DNA of 64,000 bases from the NCBI GenBank assembly GCA_965204575.1, contig OZ241993.1, forward strand, positions 992,001-1,056,000, in the 5' to 3' direction. Source of the stretch: an uncultured candidatus Porisulfidus sp. GTDB lineage: Bacteria > Pseudomonadota > Gammaproteobacteria > Poriferisulfidales > Poriferisulfidaceae. This document shows positions 32,340 through 44,422 of the stretch, piece after piece; the first letter of the stretch is position 1, and each line of letters starts with the position of its first letter. The notes under the pieces were generated by a model, which did not search any database, was not told the origin of the DNA, and was given only the letters and a program-made list of their open reading frames with translations. The translations under genes were made by a program, and so were the position numbers.

Positions 32340-32498
32340 TCATTGGCGTGACCGCGCTGCTATTCCCGCGACCAGTATTACTAGTACCAGAAGATAGCCA
32401 ATCCCATGATCGTGGATGGATCCGGTGTCGTGCCCGAAAGCGGGCAGGGCGAAGAGCAGTGTGGGCAGGGCAATCGCGATTCGGTGTGAGAGTTTCAT
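32340..32498 (-). CDS. Small 52-aa His-containing membrane peptide after ureG (possibly HupE/UreJ-like N-terminus)
   Basis: Below the ORF-track cutoff; GGAG RBS; MKLSHRIAIALPTLLFALPAFGHDTGSIHDHGIGYLLVLVILVAGIAARSRQ*. Confidence 0.55.
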   Translation of the reverse strand: MKLSHRIAIALPTLLFALPAFGHDTGSIHDHGIGYLLVLVILVAGIAARSRQ

Positions 32499-32538
32499 GA
32501 AGGGCTTCTCCAGGTTGTGGCGTTTTCCCAGTGGGGCA

Positions 32539-33170
<632 letters not shown>

Positions 33171-33174
<4 letters not shown>

Positions 33175-33881
33175 GAGCGGAACAGGCGGGTGTACTGGGT
33201 TTCGTGGCGGGCGGAGGTCCAGTCCACCATCAGGGCGGCCTGTCCGATGTCCTCCCGGTCCCGTTCCAGGGCCTGTGCGGCCGCATCCAGGATGATCGGC
33301 TCCAGGTCGGCCAGCGCCTGCTGGCCGTCGCTCTGTCCCAGGGGGACCAGCCGGATGCCGGCGGAGACCAGGTTGGCGGCCAGCGCGTGGAGATAAGCGG
33401 CCAGCGCGGGTTCCAGGGGGATGTCCTGCGCTGCCGCCACGGCGCCGACGGCCACCGGGTAGACCATCGGCCGTTGCTGCTCCGCGGCCTTTTCTCGGGC
33501 CCAGTCGAGCCCGGTTGCCGGCCATGGGCGAGCGACCGCGGCCAGGAATGCCTGCCCCTGGTTCTCGGTCTCCTCGCCGAGTTCCCGGGTGGCGCGCATC
33601 GCGTCGCCGTGTTCCAGCGCCCAGATGAACAGGGTTTCGTCGCGGTTTCGGACCGCTTCATGAGCCGCACGGTGCAGATCCGCGTCGACCCGCCCGGTTC
33701 CGGCCGCGATGACTTCGGAGATCCAGTCGCGCAGGGTGTCCCGGTCGTGGATCAGGCCGGTTTCCACCGCGTATTCGATCCCGTGCGAATAGCTGTAGGC
33801 GCCGACCGGGAAAGAGGGCGACAGCCAGTTCATCAGGCGAACCAGCTGGGCACCGCCGACTGAGATGCCGTCAGTGCTCAT
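33171..33881 (-). CDS. ureF: Urease accessory protein
   Basis: [16 protein letters not shown] and [11 protein letters not shown]. Confidence 0.95.
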
Positions 33882-34352
33882 GGGCGTGCGCATGGCTGTG
33901 ATGTTCGTCGCTGCGCGAGGCGTAGGCGCCGGGCTCGGGGGAGAAGGGGGCCTGGTGGCGGTGAACCTGCGCACCCAGTTGCCGGGCCATCTCGACGATG
34001 ACGTGGTCGTCCCGGATCCGCAAGGCGCCATCCGGAAGAACCTGAATCGGGATGTGGCGATTGCCGATGTGCCAGGCGATCCGGGCGGTTTCGGAGAGTT
34101 CGCGGCAACTCAGGTCCGCGACCGGCTCCGCCGCTGCGACGACCCGCACGTACCCGCCGTCTTCCAGCACCAAGCCGTCGCCTTCGCCAAGGCGCACGGC
34201 CTGGGGGAGGTCCAGGAGGAACGGGTCTCCCTCGTCGGTGACGAGCCGGATCCGGCGGCGGTAGCGGCCGTCGTAATCCAGGGTGACCGTGGCACGCTGC
34301 CGTTCGGCCGGCCACTTGTCTGCCGAGGCGACGGTGGTTGCGCGCGCCAGCA

Positions 34353-34353
<1 letters not shown>
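33871..34353 (-). CDS. ureE: Urease accessory nickel chaperone
   Basis: AWHIGNRH, DHVI..M..LG, F.PE.GAY, His-rich tail. Confidence 0.95.
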
Positions 34354-36062
<1,709 letters not shown>

Positions 36063-36065
36063 GGC

Positions 36066-36377
36066 TCAGTCTCCCAGGGGCCCGTTGACGGCGCTGTTGA
36101 AGCCGTACACCTGGCCCGCGCCGGCGTAGCGCACCAGGGTCACCTCCCGGCTCTGTCCCGGCTCGAAGCGCACGGCGGTGCCGGCCGGGATGTCGAGACG
36201 GTATCCGCGCGCGGCGTTGCGGTCGAAGTCGAGTGCCGAGTTGACTTCGAAGAAATGGTAGTGGGAGCCGACCTGCACGGGGCGGTCGCCGGTGTTGGCC
36301 ACGGTCAGGGTGAGGGTCTGACGGCCCTCGTTGAGGGTCAGCGTGCCGTCGGCCGGGAGGATTTCGCCGGGGATCAT
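36066..36377 (-). CDS. ureB: Urease beta subunit
   Basis: [27 protein letters not shown]. Confidence 0.98.
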   Translation of the reverse strand: MIPGEILPADGTLTLNEGRQTLTLTVANTGDRPVQVGSHYHFFEVNSALDFDRNAARGYRLDIPAGTAVRFEPGQSREVTLVRYAGAGQVYGFNSAVNGPLGD

Positions 36378-36380
36378 GCC

Positions 36381-36683
36381 TCAGCGGATCGGGTTGTGGA
36401 CGGTGACCAGCTTGGTCCCGTCGGGGAAGGTCGCTTCGACCTGGATGTCATGGATCATGTCCGCCACGCCGTCCATGACGTCTTTTCGTTTGAGCACCTT
36501 GGCGCCGTCGCGCATCAGTTCGGCGACGCTGCGCCCGTCGCGCGCGCCCTCGACCACGAAGTCGCTGATCAGCGCGATCGCTTCCGGATGGTTGAGCTTG
36601 ACGCCCCGTGCCTGCCGGCGGCGCGCCACCTCGGCGGCCATGGCGATGAGCAGCTTGTCCTTCTCGCGCGGCGTCAGATTCAT
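36381..36683 (-). CDS. ureA: Urease gamma subunit
   Basis: [26 protein letters not shown]. Confidence 0.98.
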   Translation of the reverse strand: MNLTPREKDKLLIAMAAEVARRRQARGVKLNHPEAIALISDFVVEGARDGRSVAELMRDGAKVLKRKDVMDGVADMIHDIQVEATFPDGTKLVTVHNPIR

Positions 36684-36695
36684 GGCATTTCCCCT

Positions 36696-36720
36696 GTCAA
36701 GCCTGCCACAGCCTTGGCAT
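36696..36720. repeat. 25-bp direct repeat: stranded copy of the ureD 3' end
   Basis: GTCAAGCCTGCCACAGCCTTGGCAT, identical to 37774-37798; minus strand reads MPRLWQA-stop. Confidence 0.95.
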
Positions 36721-36970
36721 GGAAATCATGGCGAAATCGCTTGGATCGACTATAGGAACTACACACTAGACGATCCCATCTAGTATTCGTATACGGTTGG
36801 CAGTAGCAGGGACAATACTACCATAGTCGTGGCCCTAGGAATGGGGTGACGGGACGGGGAGAGGACAACGAAACGGGGATGTTTTTTTGTGAGCATCTAG
36901 TGGATACCGCCAATGATCTGTCAACAGCACACGGGTGACAGTAGCAAAGCCGCCGTGTGCGGCATTTCCC

Positions 36971-37004
36971 AAGATCCCCAGCGCTGCCATGGGGGTCTTT
37001 CTTT
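36971..37004 (+). terminator. Putative intrinsic terminator
   Basis: AAGATCCCCA-N9-TGGGGGTCTT stem followed by TCTTT. Confidence 0.55.
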
Positions 37005-37231
37005 AGAATTACCTCGTAGATGAATCCCTTGACCCTACGTGATTTTGTGCGGGTCTTGGCCTCCGACCTGCTGCAGCAACACGTCTAGAGGGTTCAGGCG
37101 CAGCCATCTGCAAAATCTGTGGCATTTTGAGGCATTTTGTAGCATAATGCCCTGAAGCCGCCGTGTCGGAGAAGGCGGATACTGATTCGAAAACCTGGAC
37201 ATGGACAGCGGGGAATATGCGGGCAAGCGGT

Positions 37232-37540
37232 ATGGGCGAAAACCAGATTTTATTTGACATAAAAGTCACATGTCATGTGAAATCCGATGAAGTCGGGTTT
37301 GTTTCACATTGCCCTGAATTTGATGTTTTCAGTCAGGGCGAAACTGAAAAATCCGCCATCGAAAACCTGAAAGAAGCGGTCGAATTATTCATTGAAACCT
37401 GCTACGAATGCGGCACTTTGCTTGATGTTCTTAGAGAAAGTGGATATCAATTTAGTCGAGAATCCACACCGATCAAGGATGAACATATGATGGAAATTCC
37501 ATTTTCTCTAGTCTCGCATGCCCAAGCTCACGCCAACTGA
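37232..37540 (+). CDS. hicB: HicB-family antitoxin
   Basis: FVSHCPEFDVFSQGETEKSAIENLKEAVELFIE partial RNase H fold; start uncertain. Confidence 0.88.
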   Translation: MGENQILFDIKVTCHVKSDEVGFVSHCPEFDVFSQGETEKSAIENLKEAVELFIETCYECGTLLDVLRESGYQFSRESTPIKDEHMMEIPFSLVSHAQAHAN

Positions 37541-37748
37541 CTGGAGTACTCTCGTCCGAATATTCGAGGCTGACGGTTTCAGGAAGGTCCGCCAGAAAGG
37601 GTCGCATATTTCCATGAAAAAGTCAGGCGTTAAACGTCCTGTGGTGATTAAGAAGAGTAAAAATGTGAGTGTCGACAACATCAAGAGCAATATGAAAACG
37701 GCGGGGATGTCTCGAGAACGCTATTTTGAACTCTTAAAAGGTAATTGA
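37518..37748 (+). CDS. hicA: HicA-family mRNA interferase toxin
   Basis: GF..VRQKGSH motif, 76 aa, basic; overlaps hicB. Confidence 0.9.
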   Translation: MPKLTPTDWSTLVRIFEADGFRKVRQKGSHISMKKSGVKRPVVIKKSKNVSVDNIKSNMKTAGMSRERYFELLKGN

Positions 37749-37773
37749 AGGATCAGGCAGCGGGTTCTTCCTC

Positions 37774-37798
37774 GTCAAGCCTGCCACAGCCTTGGCAT
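37774..37798. repeat. 25-bp direct repeat: current ureD 3' end
   Basis: Identical to 36696-36720. Confidence 0.95.
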
Positions 37799-38611
37799 TA
37801 TCGGTGGATAGCCGGCCAGGTGGTGACGAAATGCCGCCCAGAAACGGCCGTAGGCGTCGCGCAGTTGCAGGCTGTCCCGGTCGAGCCAGCGGATGACCAG
37901 GACTTTTCCCATGCAGCTCGCGGCCACCCGCAGGGAATCTTCCACGGTCTCGTCGATCAGGGTTCGAGCCGAATCGAGGTGCTCGCCGGCATCGTCGCCG
38001 ACGTAGAGGATGCTGGCGCAGGCGCGCGCGCCGTCCAGGCCCGCGGGGGCGTCGCTGACGCGTTTGAAACCGGAATTCAAATGCAGGGCGTCCGCCCAGA
38101 CCAGGCGGCCGTCCCAGTAGACCTCCCAGGCCTCGTGCAGCAGGCCCTGGCACATGCGTTCGCCCATGGCGGTGCGTCCGAGCACGACCATTTCCCCGCA
38201 CAACATCCGCGCGCCGGGGACGGCCCGGATCTCGGTCGAGCGCCGCAGCCGCGACGAATCGAACAGGATGGTTTCCTGCGGAAGCCACTCCAGCCAGGAA
38301 CCCGCATCCGCCTGCAGCCGGATCTTTATGCGCGAATCCGCCCCGGTGGAACGATAGATTTTTTCCGCCGCCTGCGCCAGCACTCGCCCGGCCGCCCCCT
38401 CGCCGCTCGAGACGTGGACCTGGAGCCGGTCGCCCCCGACCAGCCCCCCGGACGTGGTGACCAGGACGCCGGTGAGCGGTTCGCCCGCCACGTGACGGGG
38501 AAACAGCAGGCGCAACGGGTCGTGCTGGTACAGTTCGCCGATCGCCGTGCCGTCGCGGGCCGCCTCGAAGCTTAGGGTGGCGGATCCGTCGGCGACGGGG
38601 GAGGAGCTCAT
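37775..38611 (-). CDS. ureD: Urease accessory protein
   Basis: TSGGLVGGD, QAAEKIYRS, LEWLPQETILF, PRLW end; ATGA overlap with urtE. Confidence 0.95.
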   Translation of the reverse strand: MSSSPVADGSATLSFEAARDGTAIGELYQHDPLRLLFPRHVAGEPLTGVLVTTSGGLVGGDRLQVHVSSGEGAAGRVLAQAAEKIYRSTGADSRIKIRLQADAGSWLEWLPQETILFDSSRLRRSTEIRAVPGARMLCGEMVVLGRTAMGERMCQGLLHEAWEVYWDGRLVWADALHLNSGFKRVSDAPAGLDGARACASILYVGDDAGEHLDSARTLIDETVEDSLRVAASCMGKVLVIRWLDRDSLQLRDAYGRFWAAFRHHLAGYPPIMPRLWQA

Positions 38612-39303
38612 ACGGTGAGGTGTTGGCGGATTTCGGCTTCTTCGAAGTTGCCGATCGGGCCGGACAGCAGGATGCGTCCGCGGTCCATGACCGCGACGTC
38701 GTCGGCCAGGTCGCAGGCCAGTTCGTAGTACTGCTCGACCAGCAGCACGGCCATGTCGCCGCGCTTGCCGAGCAGCCGGATGACCTTTTCGATGTCCTTG
38801 ATGATCGAGGGCTGGATGCCCTCGGTGGGTTCGTCCAGCAGCAGCAGGCGAGGGCGGGTGACCAGTGCGCGGCCGATCGCGAGCTGCTGTTGCTGGCCGC
38901 CGGACAGGTCGCCGCCGCGCCGGCCCAGCATGTCGGCCAGGACCGGGAACAACTCGAACACTTCCGGCGGGACGCGCGCGTCGCTGCGCGGCAGGCAGTT
39001 GAAACCCGTCATCAGGTTTTCTTCGACCGTCAGGCGGGGGAAGATGTCCCGGCCCTGCGGCACGTAGGCGACGCCGCGGTGGGCGCGGCTGTGCGCGGGC
39101 AGGTGGGTAATGTCCTCGCCGTCCCACAGGACCTGTCCGCTGCGCACCGGGATCTGCCCGGTCAGGCCGCGCAGGAAGCTGGTCTTGCCGACGCCGTTGC
39201 GCCCGAGCAGGCAGGTGATGCGGCCCCGTTCGGCCGCAATGTGGGCACCGCGCAGGATATGGCTCGCGCCGTAGTAGAGGTTGATGCCGGTCGCGGAAAG
39301 CAT
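38608..39303 (-). CDS. urtE: Urea ABC transporter ATP-binding protein
   Basis: YYGASHIL, GRNGVGKT, LSGGQQQQLAIGRAL, DEPTEGIQPSII. Confidence 0.93.
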   Translation of the reverse strand: MLSATGINLYYGASHILRGAHIAAERGRITCLLGRNGVGKTSFLRGLTGQIPVRSGQVLWDGEDITHLPAHSRAHRGVAYVPQGRDIFPRLTVEENLMTGFNCLPRSDARVPPEVFELFPVLADMLGRRGGDLSGGQQQQLAIGRALVTRPRLLLLDEPTEGIQPSIIKDIEKVIRLLGKRGDMAVLLVEQYYELACDLADDVAVMDRGRILLSGPIGNFEEAEIRQHLTV

Positions 39304-39304
39304 G

Positions 39305-40099
39305 CTATCGCCCCAGGTAGACCTCGATCACGCGGGGGTCCGACTGGATCGCGTCCATCGGGCCTTCGGCAATGACCTGGCCCTCGTCGAGCACCGTGAC
39401 CCGGCAGTCCAGGTCGCGCACGAAGTTCATGTCGTGCTCCACCACGACCAGCGAGTGCGTGCTCGAGATTTCGTGCAGCAACTCCACGGTCTGTTCGGTC
39501 TCCGCGTCCGTCATCCCGGCCACCGGCTCGTCCAGCAGCATTAAATCAGGTTCCTGTACCAGCAGCATGCCGATCTCCAGCCACTGCTTCTGCCCGTGCG
39601 ACAGGGAGCCTGCCGCCCGGTCGCGTTGCGCGGTCAGCCGGATGGTTTCGAGCGCCTGCTCAATGCGCTCGATCTGCGCGGGACTGATGCCGGCGAACAG
39701 CGTGGTCAGGATGCGGCGGTCGGCTTTCAGGGCGAGCGACAGGTTCTCGAACACGGTCAGGTTCTCGAACACGGTCGGCTTCTGGAACTTGCGGCCGATA
39801 CCGAGATTGGCGATCTCCGTCTCGTTGAGCGCGGTCAGGTCGATGCGGTCGGCAAACAGCACCTCGCCCTGGTCCGGCCGGGTGCGGCCCGTCACCACGT
39901 CCATCATGGTGGTCTTGCCGGCCCCGTTGGGGCCGATGATGGCGCGCATCTCGCCGCGGTCGATGATCAGGCTCAGGGAGTTGAGCGCCTGGAAGCCGTC
40001 GAAACTGACCGAAACGCCGTCCAGGTAGAGCAGGGTCTCCGGCGCGATGTGATGCGGCTCGGGGAGCTCGGGCGCGACGGGGGCGTCAGGCGGAGGCAC
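39305..40099 (-). CDS. urtD: Urea ABC transporter ATP-binding protein
   Basis: VSFDGF, GPNGAGKT, GRKFQKP, LSHGQKQWLEIGM. Confidence 0.93.
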   Translation of the reverse strand: MPPPDAPVAPELPEPHHIAPETLLYLDGVSVSFDGFQALNSLSLIIDRGEMRAIIGPNGAGKTTMMDVVTGRTRPDQGEVLFADRIDLTALNETEIANLGIGRKFQKPTVFENLTVFENLSLALKADRRILTTLFAGISPAQIERIEQALETIRLTAQRDRAAGSLSHGQKQWLEIGMLLVQEPDLMLLDEPVAGMTDAETEQTVELLHEISSTHSLVVVEHDMNFVRDLDCRVTVLDEGQVIAEGPMDAIQSDPRVIEVYLGR

Positions 40100-41228
40100 G
40101 GGAATCCGAATGCGAGGTTTTCGCGATGGCGCGGCGTTCGCGCCACTGCCGCACCACGCCGACCAGGCCGCGCGGCATCAGCAGGGTGACCAGGATGAAC
40201 AGGGCGCCGAGGAAGAACAGCCAGATCTCCGGCGCGATGCCGGTCAGCAGGCTTTTCGCGCCGTTCACCGCGACCGCGCCCGCGGCGGCGCCGAACAGGG
40301 TGCCGCGGCCGCCGACCGCGACCCAGACCGCGATCTCGATTGACTTGGCCGGGGTGAACTCCCCGGGGTTGATGATGCCGACCTGCGGCACGTACAGCGC
40401 CCCGGCGATGCCGGCCAGCACCGCCGACAGCGTGAACACGAACAGTTTGGCCCGGGTCACCGAGTAGCCGATGAAGCGCACCCGGCTCTCGGCGTCGCGT
40501 ACCGCGATCAGCACCCGTCCCAGCTTCGAGGTGACCACGTAGCGGCACAGCAGGTAGACCAGGCCGAGCATCAGCGCCGAAGCCATGTACAGCCCGACCT
40601 TGGTCGAGTTGGCCGACAGGTCGAACCCGAGCAGGTCCTTGAAGTCGGTCAGCCCGTTGTTGCCGCCGAAGCCCATTTCGTTGCGGAAGAACGCGAGCAT
40701 CATGGCGAACACCATGGCCTGGCTGATGATGGAGAAGTACACGCCGGTGATGCGCGAGCGGAAGGCCAGCCAGCCGAACACGAAGGCGAGGGCTCCGGGG
40801 ACGAGCATGGCCATCAGCACGGCGAAGGCGAAGCTGTCGAACCCGTACCAGTACCAGGGCAGTTCCTTCCAGTTCAGGAACACCATGAAGTCGGGCAGTT
40901 CCGGGTGGCCGTACACGCCGCGCTCGCCGATCTGGCGCATCAGGTACATGCCCATGGCGTAGCCGCCGAGCCCGAAGAACGCGCCGTGCCCCAGGCTCAG
41001 GATGCCCGCATAGCCCCAGATCAGGTCCAGCGCCAGCGCCAGCATCGCGAAGCACAGGAACTTGCCGAGCGTGGTGACCCAGAAGGTGGGCACGTGCAGC
41101 CAGGCATCTTCCGGCACGACCAGGTTCAGCACCGGCACGACCAGCATCAGCACGGCGGCGAGACCCATGAACACGGTCCAGCCGCGGTGCGACTCCAGGG
41201 CGAACAGGCGCGAGGAAAGCGGACCCAT
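40086..41228 (-). CDS. urtC: Urea ABC transporter permease
   Basis: DLIWGYAGILSLGHG, LPDFM, GGNNGLTDF, YVPQVGIINP. Confidence 0.93.
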   Translation of the reverse strand: MGPLSSRLFALESHRGWTVFMGLAAVLMLVVPVLNLVVPEDAWLHVPTFWVTTLGKFLCFAMLALALDLIWGYAGILSLGHGAFFGLGGYAMGMYLMRQIGERGVYGHPELPDFMVFLNWKELPWYWYGFDSFAFAVLMAMLVPGALAFVFGWLAFRSRITGVYFSIISQAMVFAMMLAFFRNEMGFGGNNGLTDFKDLLGFDLSANSTKVGLYMASALMLGLVYLLCRYVVTSKLGRVLIAVRDAESRVRFIGYSVTRAKLFVFTLSAVLAGIAGALYVPQVGIINPGEFTPAKSIEIAVWVAVGGRGTLFGAAAGAVAVNGAKSLLTGIAPEIWLFFLGALFILVTLLMPRGLVGVVRQWRERRAIAKTSHSDSRASA

Positions 41229-41231
41229 GGG

Positions 41232-42914
41232 CTAGTCCCCGGCGGCGCGCCCCTTCAGCGCGAACAGGCCGCGTGGGCGCATCTGGATGAACAGGATGAT
41301 GAAGACCAAGACGACGATCTTGCCGAGGATGGCGCCGGAGACGGGCTCCAGGAACTTGTTGACGATGCCGAGGCTGAAGGCGCCGACGATGGTGCCCCAC
41401 AGGCTGCCGACGCCGCCGAACACCACCACCATGAAGCTGTCGACGATGAAATTCTGGCCGAGATTCGGGCTGACGTTGGAGATCTGGCTCAGCGCCATGC
41501 CGGCGACGCCGGCGATGCCGGATCCCAGCGCGAAGGTCAGGGCGTCGACCTGCCCGGTGCGGATGCCCATGGAGGAGGCCATCGAGCGGTTCTGGGTGAC
41601 CGCGCGCATGTTCAGGCCGAAGCGCGAATAGCGGATGAACGCGGCCAGCGCCGCGACCACCGCCAGGCAGAACAGGATGATGCACAGGCGGTTGAGCGTG
41701 ACCGTTACGCCGCCGGCGATCTCGACCGCGCCGGAAATCCATTCGGGGTTGGCCACCTCCCGGTTGTTGGCGCCGAAAATCGAACGCACCAACTGCTGCA
41801 GGATCAGGCTGATGCCCCAGGTGGCGAGCAGGGTCTCGAGCGGCCGCCCGTACAGGAAGCGGATGACCCCGCGTTCGATCAGCACGCCCATCGCGGCGGA
41901 CATCAGGAAGGCGGCGGGCAGGGCGGCGAGCAGGTAGAAGCCGAACAGTTCCGGCGGGACCACGCTGCGGAAGATCTCCTGCACCATGAACGTGGAGTAG
42001 GCGCCCAGCATGATCATTTCGCCGTGCGCCATGTTGATGACGCCCATCACGCCGAAGGTGATCGCCAGCCCGATCGCGGCCAGCAGCAGCACCGAGCCGA
42101 GGCTGATGCCGAACAGGAGGTTCTCGGCGATGCCGAACAGCCACAGTTTCCGGTCGATGGCTTCGATTGCACTGAGCAGGGCTTCGCGGATCTCGGGGTT
42201 CGGCTCGGCGTCCGCCTGCAGGCGACGCTTCAACAGCGAGTGGATGTCCGGGTCGGAGATCCCGGCCAGCGTGGTGGCGGCCGCCAGGCGCAGGGCCGGG
42301 TCGTCCGCTTCCAGCTCCAGCACGGCGATGCCGACTTCCAGCTTGGCCCGGACCGCATCGTCGGTCTCCCGGTCCCGCGCCTGACGGAACAGGGGCAGGA
42401 CCCGGGGGTCGGGGTTCTTGGTGAGGTTGTCGGCGGCTTCAAGCCGCTTTCCCGGATCGTCGCTGAACAGCGCCAACCGGCCGGTGACGTCGCGGATCAA
42501 TCGGCGCAACCGGTTGTTGACCTTGATTTTCTTTAATTCCTTTTTGCCGGCCTCGGGTTCAGGCCGCCCGCTGACCGCGTCCTGGACGAGGTACTTTTTC
42601 CCGGAACGTTCCGCGATGACGATGCGGCCGTCGTCCTTGCGCACGTGCAGCCGGCCCTTGGCGAGGGCCTCCAGCACTTCGAGGACGCGGGGACCGCCGA
42701 GGGTTCCCAGGTGCTCGACAGCCTGGGCCTTCTGCTTGAATTTCTTGGTGTCGAGGGCCTGCAGCGCAGCGTGGAAGTCGGCCTCGGACGGCTCGCCGGC
42801 GGCGGGTGCCGCGGCGAACAACAGGGCTGCGCCGAGCGCGGCGGCTCCGAGGATTCGGTTCCCGGACAGATCGCGGTCTTTCCAATCGATCATTGTCATG
42901 ATGCCCGATTGCAT
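41232..42914 (-). CDS. urtB: Urea ABC transporter permease with N-terminal periplasmic helical domain
   Basis: GVINMAHGE, RPLETLLATWG, IVDSFMVVVFGG. Start uncertain. Confidence 0.92.
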   Translation of the reverse strand: MQSGIMTMIDWKDRDLSGNRILGAAALGAALLFAAAPAAGEPSEADFHAALQALDTKKFKQKAQAVEHLGTLGGPRVLEVLEALAKGRLHVRKDDGRIVIAERSGKKYLVQDAVSGRPEPEAGKKELKKIKVNNRLRRLIRDVTGRLALFSDDPGKRLEAADNLTKNPDPRVLPLFRQARDRETDDAVRAKLEVGIAVLELEADDPALRLAAATTLAGISDPDIHSLLKRRLQADAEPNPEIREALLSAIEAIDRKLWLFGIAENLLFGISLGSVLLLAAIGLAITFGVMGVINMAHGEMIMLGAYSTFMVQEIFRSVVPPELFGFYLLAALPAAFLMSAAMGVLIERGVIRFLYGRPLETLLATWGISLILQQLVRSIFGANNREVANPEWISGAVEIAGGVTVTLNRLCIILFCLAVVAALAAFIRYSRFGLNMRAVTQNRSMASSMGIRTGQVDALTFALGSGIAGVAGMALSQISNVSPNLGQNFIVDSFMVVVFGGVGSLWGTIVGAFSLGIVNKFLEPVSGAILGKIVVLVFIILFIQMRPRGLFALKGRAAGD

Positions 42915-42976
42915 TATCCGCTATCGGCGGATTTCGGCCAGGCCGGCGGCGGGGCCGCCGGCCTGTGCCAGAGAGG

Positions 42977-44251
42977 TTACGAGCTGGGTTTCTCGCAGTT
43001 GCCGCAAGAGAACGGCTCGGTCCAGTCGGACATCAGCTTGGCGCTTTCCGGGATGAAATCGGACCAGGCGTCGCCAGGGACTACGCCGTCGGTCTCCCAG
43101 ACCACGTCAAACTGCCCGTCGTCCTGGATCTCACCGATCAGAACCGGCTTCGACAGGTGATGATTGACGTTCATGACTGCCGTGCCGCCGGTCAGGTTCG
43201 GGGCGGTCTGGCCGTACATGGCAGAACGTACCGCGTCGATGTCGGTGGTGCCGGCCTTCTCGACCGCCTGCACCCACATCTGGAAGCCGATGTAGTGGGC
43301 CTCCATCGGGTCGTTGAACACGCGGTCACCGTTGCCGATGAACTCGTGCCACTTCTCGATGACTTCGGAGTTCTTGTCGCTCTCGACGCTCATGAAGTAG
43401 TTCCAGGCGGCCAGGTGTCCGACCAACGGGCCGGTGTCGATGCCGGCGAGTTCTTCCTCGCCGACCGAGAAGGCCACGACCGGAATGTCTTCAGCCGCGA
43501 TGCCCTGGTTGCCCAGTTCCTTGTAGAACGGCACGTTGGCGTCGCCGTTGATGGTCGACACCACGGCGGTCTTCTTGCCGGCCGAAGCGAACTTCTTGAT
43601 ATCCGACACGATCGTCTGCCAGTCGGAATGCCCGAACGGCGTGTAGTTGATCATGATGTCTTCTTCCGCCACGCCCTTGGCCTTGAGGAAGGCCTCAAGG
43701 ATCTTGTTGGTGGTACGCGGATAGACATAGTCGGTGCCAGCCAGGACCCAACGCTCGACGGATCCGCCTTCTTCGCTCATCAGGTACTCCACCGCCGGGA
43801 TCGCCTGCTGATTCGGCGCGGCGCCGGTGTAGAAAATGTTGCGGGAAGACTCTTCGCCTTCATACTGGACTGGATAGAACAGCATGCCGTTGAGTTCCTC
43901 GAAGACCGGAAGCACGGACTTGCGGGACACCGAAGTCCAACAGCCGAACACGACGTCGACTTCGTGCTGCTCGATCAGTTCGCGGGCCTTCTCCGCGAAC
44001 AGCGGCCAGTCCGAGGCGGGGTCGACGACCACCGCTTCGAGTTTCCGGCCGAGCACGCCACCCTTGGCGTTCTGCTCGCTGATCAGGAATTCCATCACGT
44101 CCTTCAGCGCGGTTTCGCTGATGGCCATGGTTCCGGACAAGGAGTGCAGGACTCCGACCTTGATCGGTTCGTCAGCCCGCACGCCCTCTGAAGCTGCGAA
44201 CACGCCCGCGAACAGGCACAGCGCAGCCATAAGCTTGCTAACAGTTTTCAT
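42977..44251 (-). CDS. urtA: Urea ABC transporter substrate-binding protein
   Basis: IKVGVLHSLSGTMAISE, FGCWTSVSRKSV, YPVQYEG, GTDYVYPRTTN. Confidence 0.95.
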   Translation of the reverse strand: MKTVSKLMAALCLFAGVFAASEGVRADEPIKVGVLHSLSGTMAISETALKDVMEFLISEQNAKGGVLGRKLEAVVVDPASDWPLFAEKARELIEQHEVDVVFGCWTSVSRKSVLPVFEELNGMLFYPVQYEGEESSRNIFYTGAAPNQQAIPAVEYLMSEEGGSVERWVLAGTDYVYPRTTNKILEAFLKAKGVAEEDIMINYTPFGHSDWQTIVSDIKKFASAGKKTAVVSTINGDANVPFYKELGNQGIAAEDIPVVAFSVGEEELAGIDTGPLVGHLAAWNYFMSVESDKNSEVIEKWHEFIGNGDRVFNDPMEAHYIGFQMWVQAVEKAGTTDIDAVRSAMYGQTAPNLTGGTAVMNVNHHLSKPVLIGEIQDDGQFDVVWETDGVVPGDAWSDFIPESAKLMSDWTEPFSCGNCEKPSS

Positions 44252-44359
44252 AATTCCCCCTGTTTTGCTTGTTAAAAAAAGCAAGAGAACCAATCCGGAT
44301 CCGGGAGCCCTTCCCGGCCGGGGTCGCTGATTGAAAATCAGAATGCCCTCTTGCGGGTT

Positions 44360-44368
44360 ATTTTAGCA
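44360..44368 (-). promoter_or_regulatory. Possible extended -10 element of the urt operon
   Basis: TGCTAAAAT on the minus strand about 110 bp upstream of urtA. Confidence 0.35.
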
Positions 44369-44422
44369 CGGTTCTCACCGCAGCCCGCTCTTTGTTCTCA
44401 TATGTGAACCCGCACAAGTGGT

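Noticed and set aside
36927-36960. c-di-GMP (GEMM) riboswitch-like GCAAAGCC segment
   Set aside because: Lacks the GNRA-capped P2 stem and the P3 receptor; kept only as a generic hairpin.
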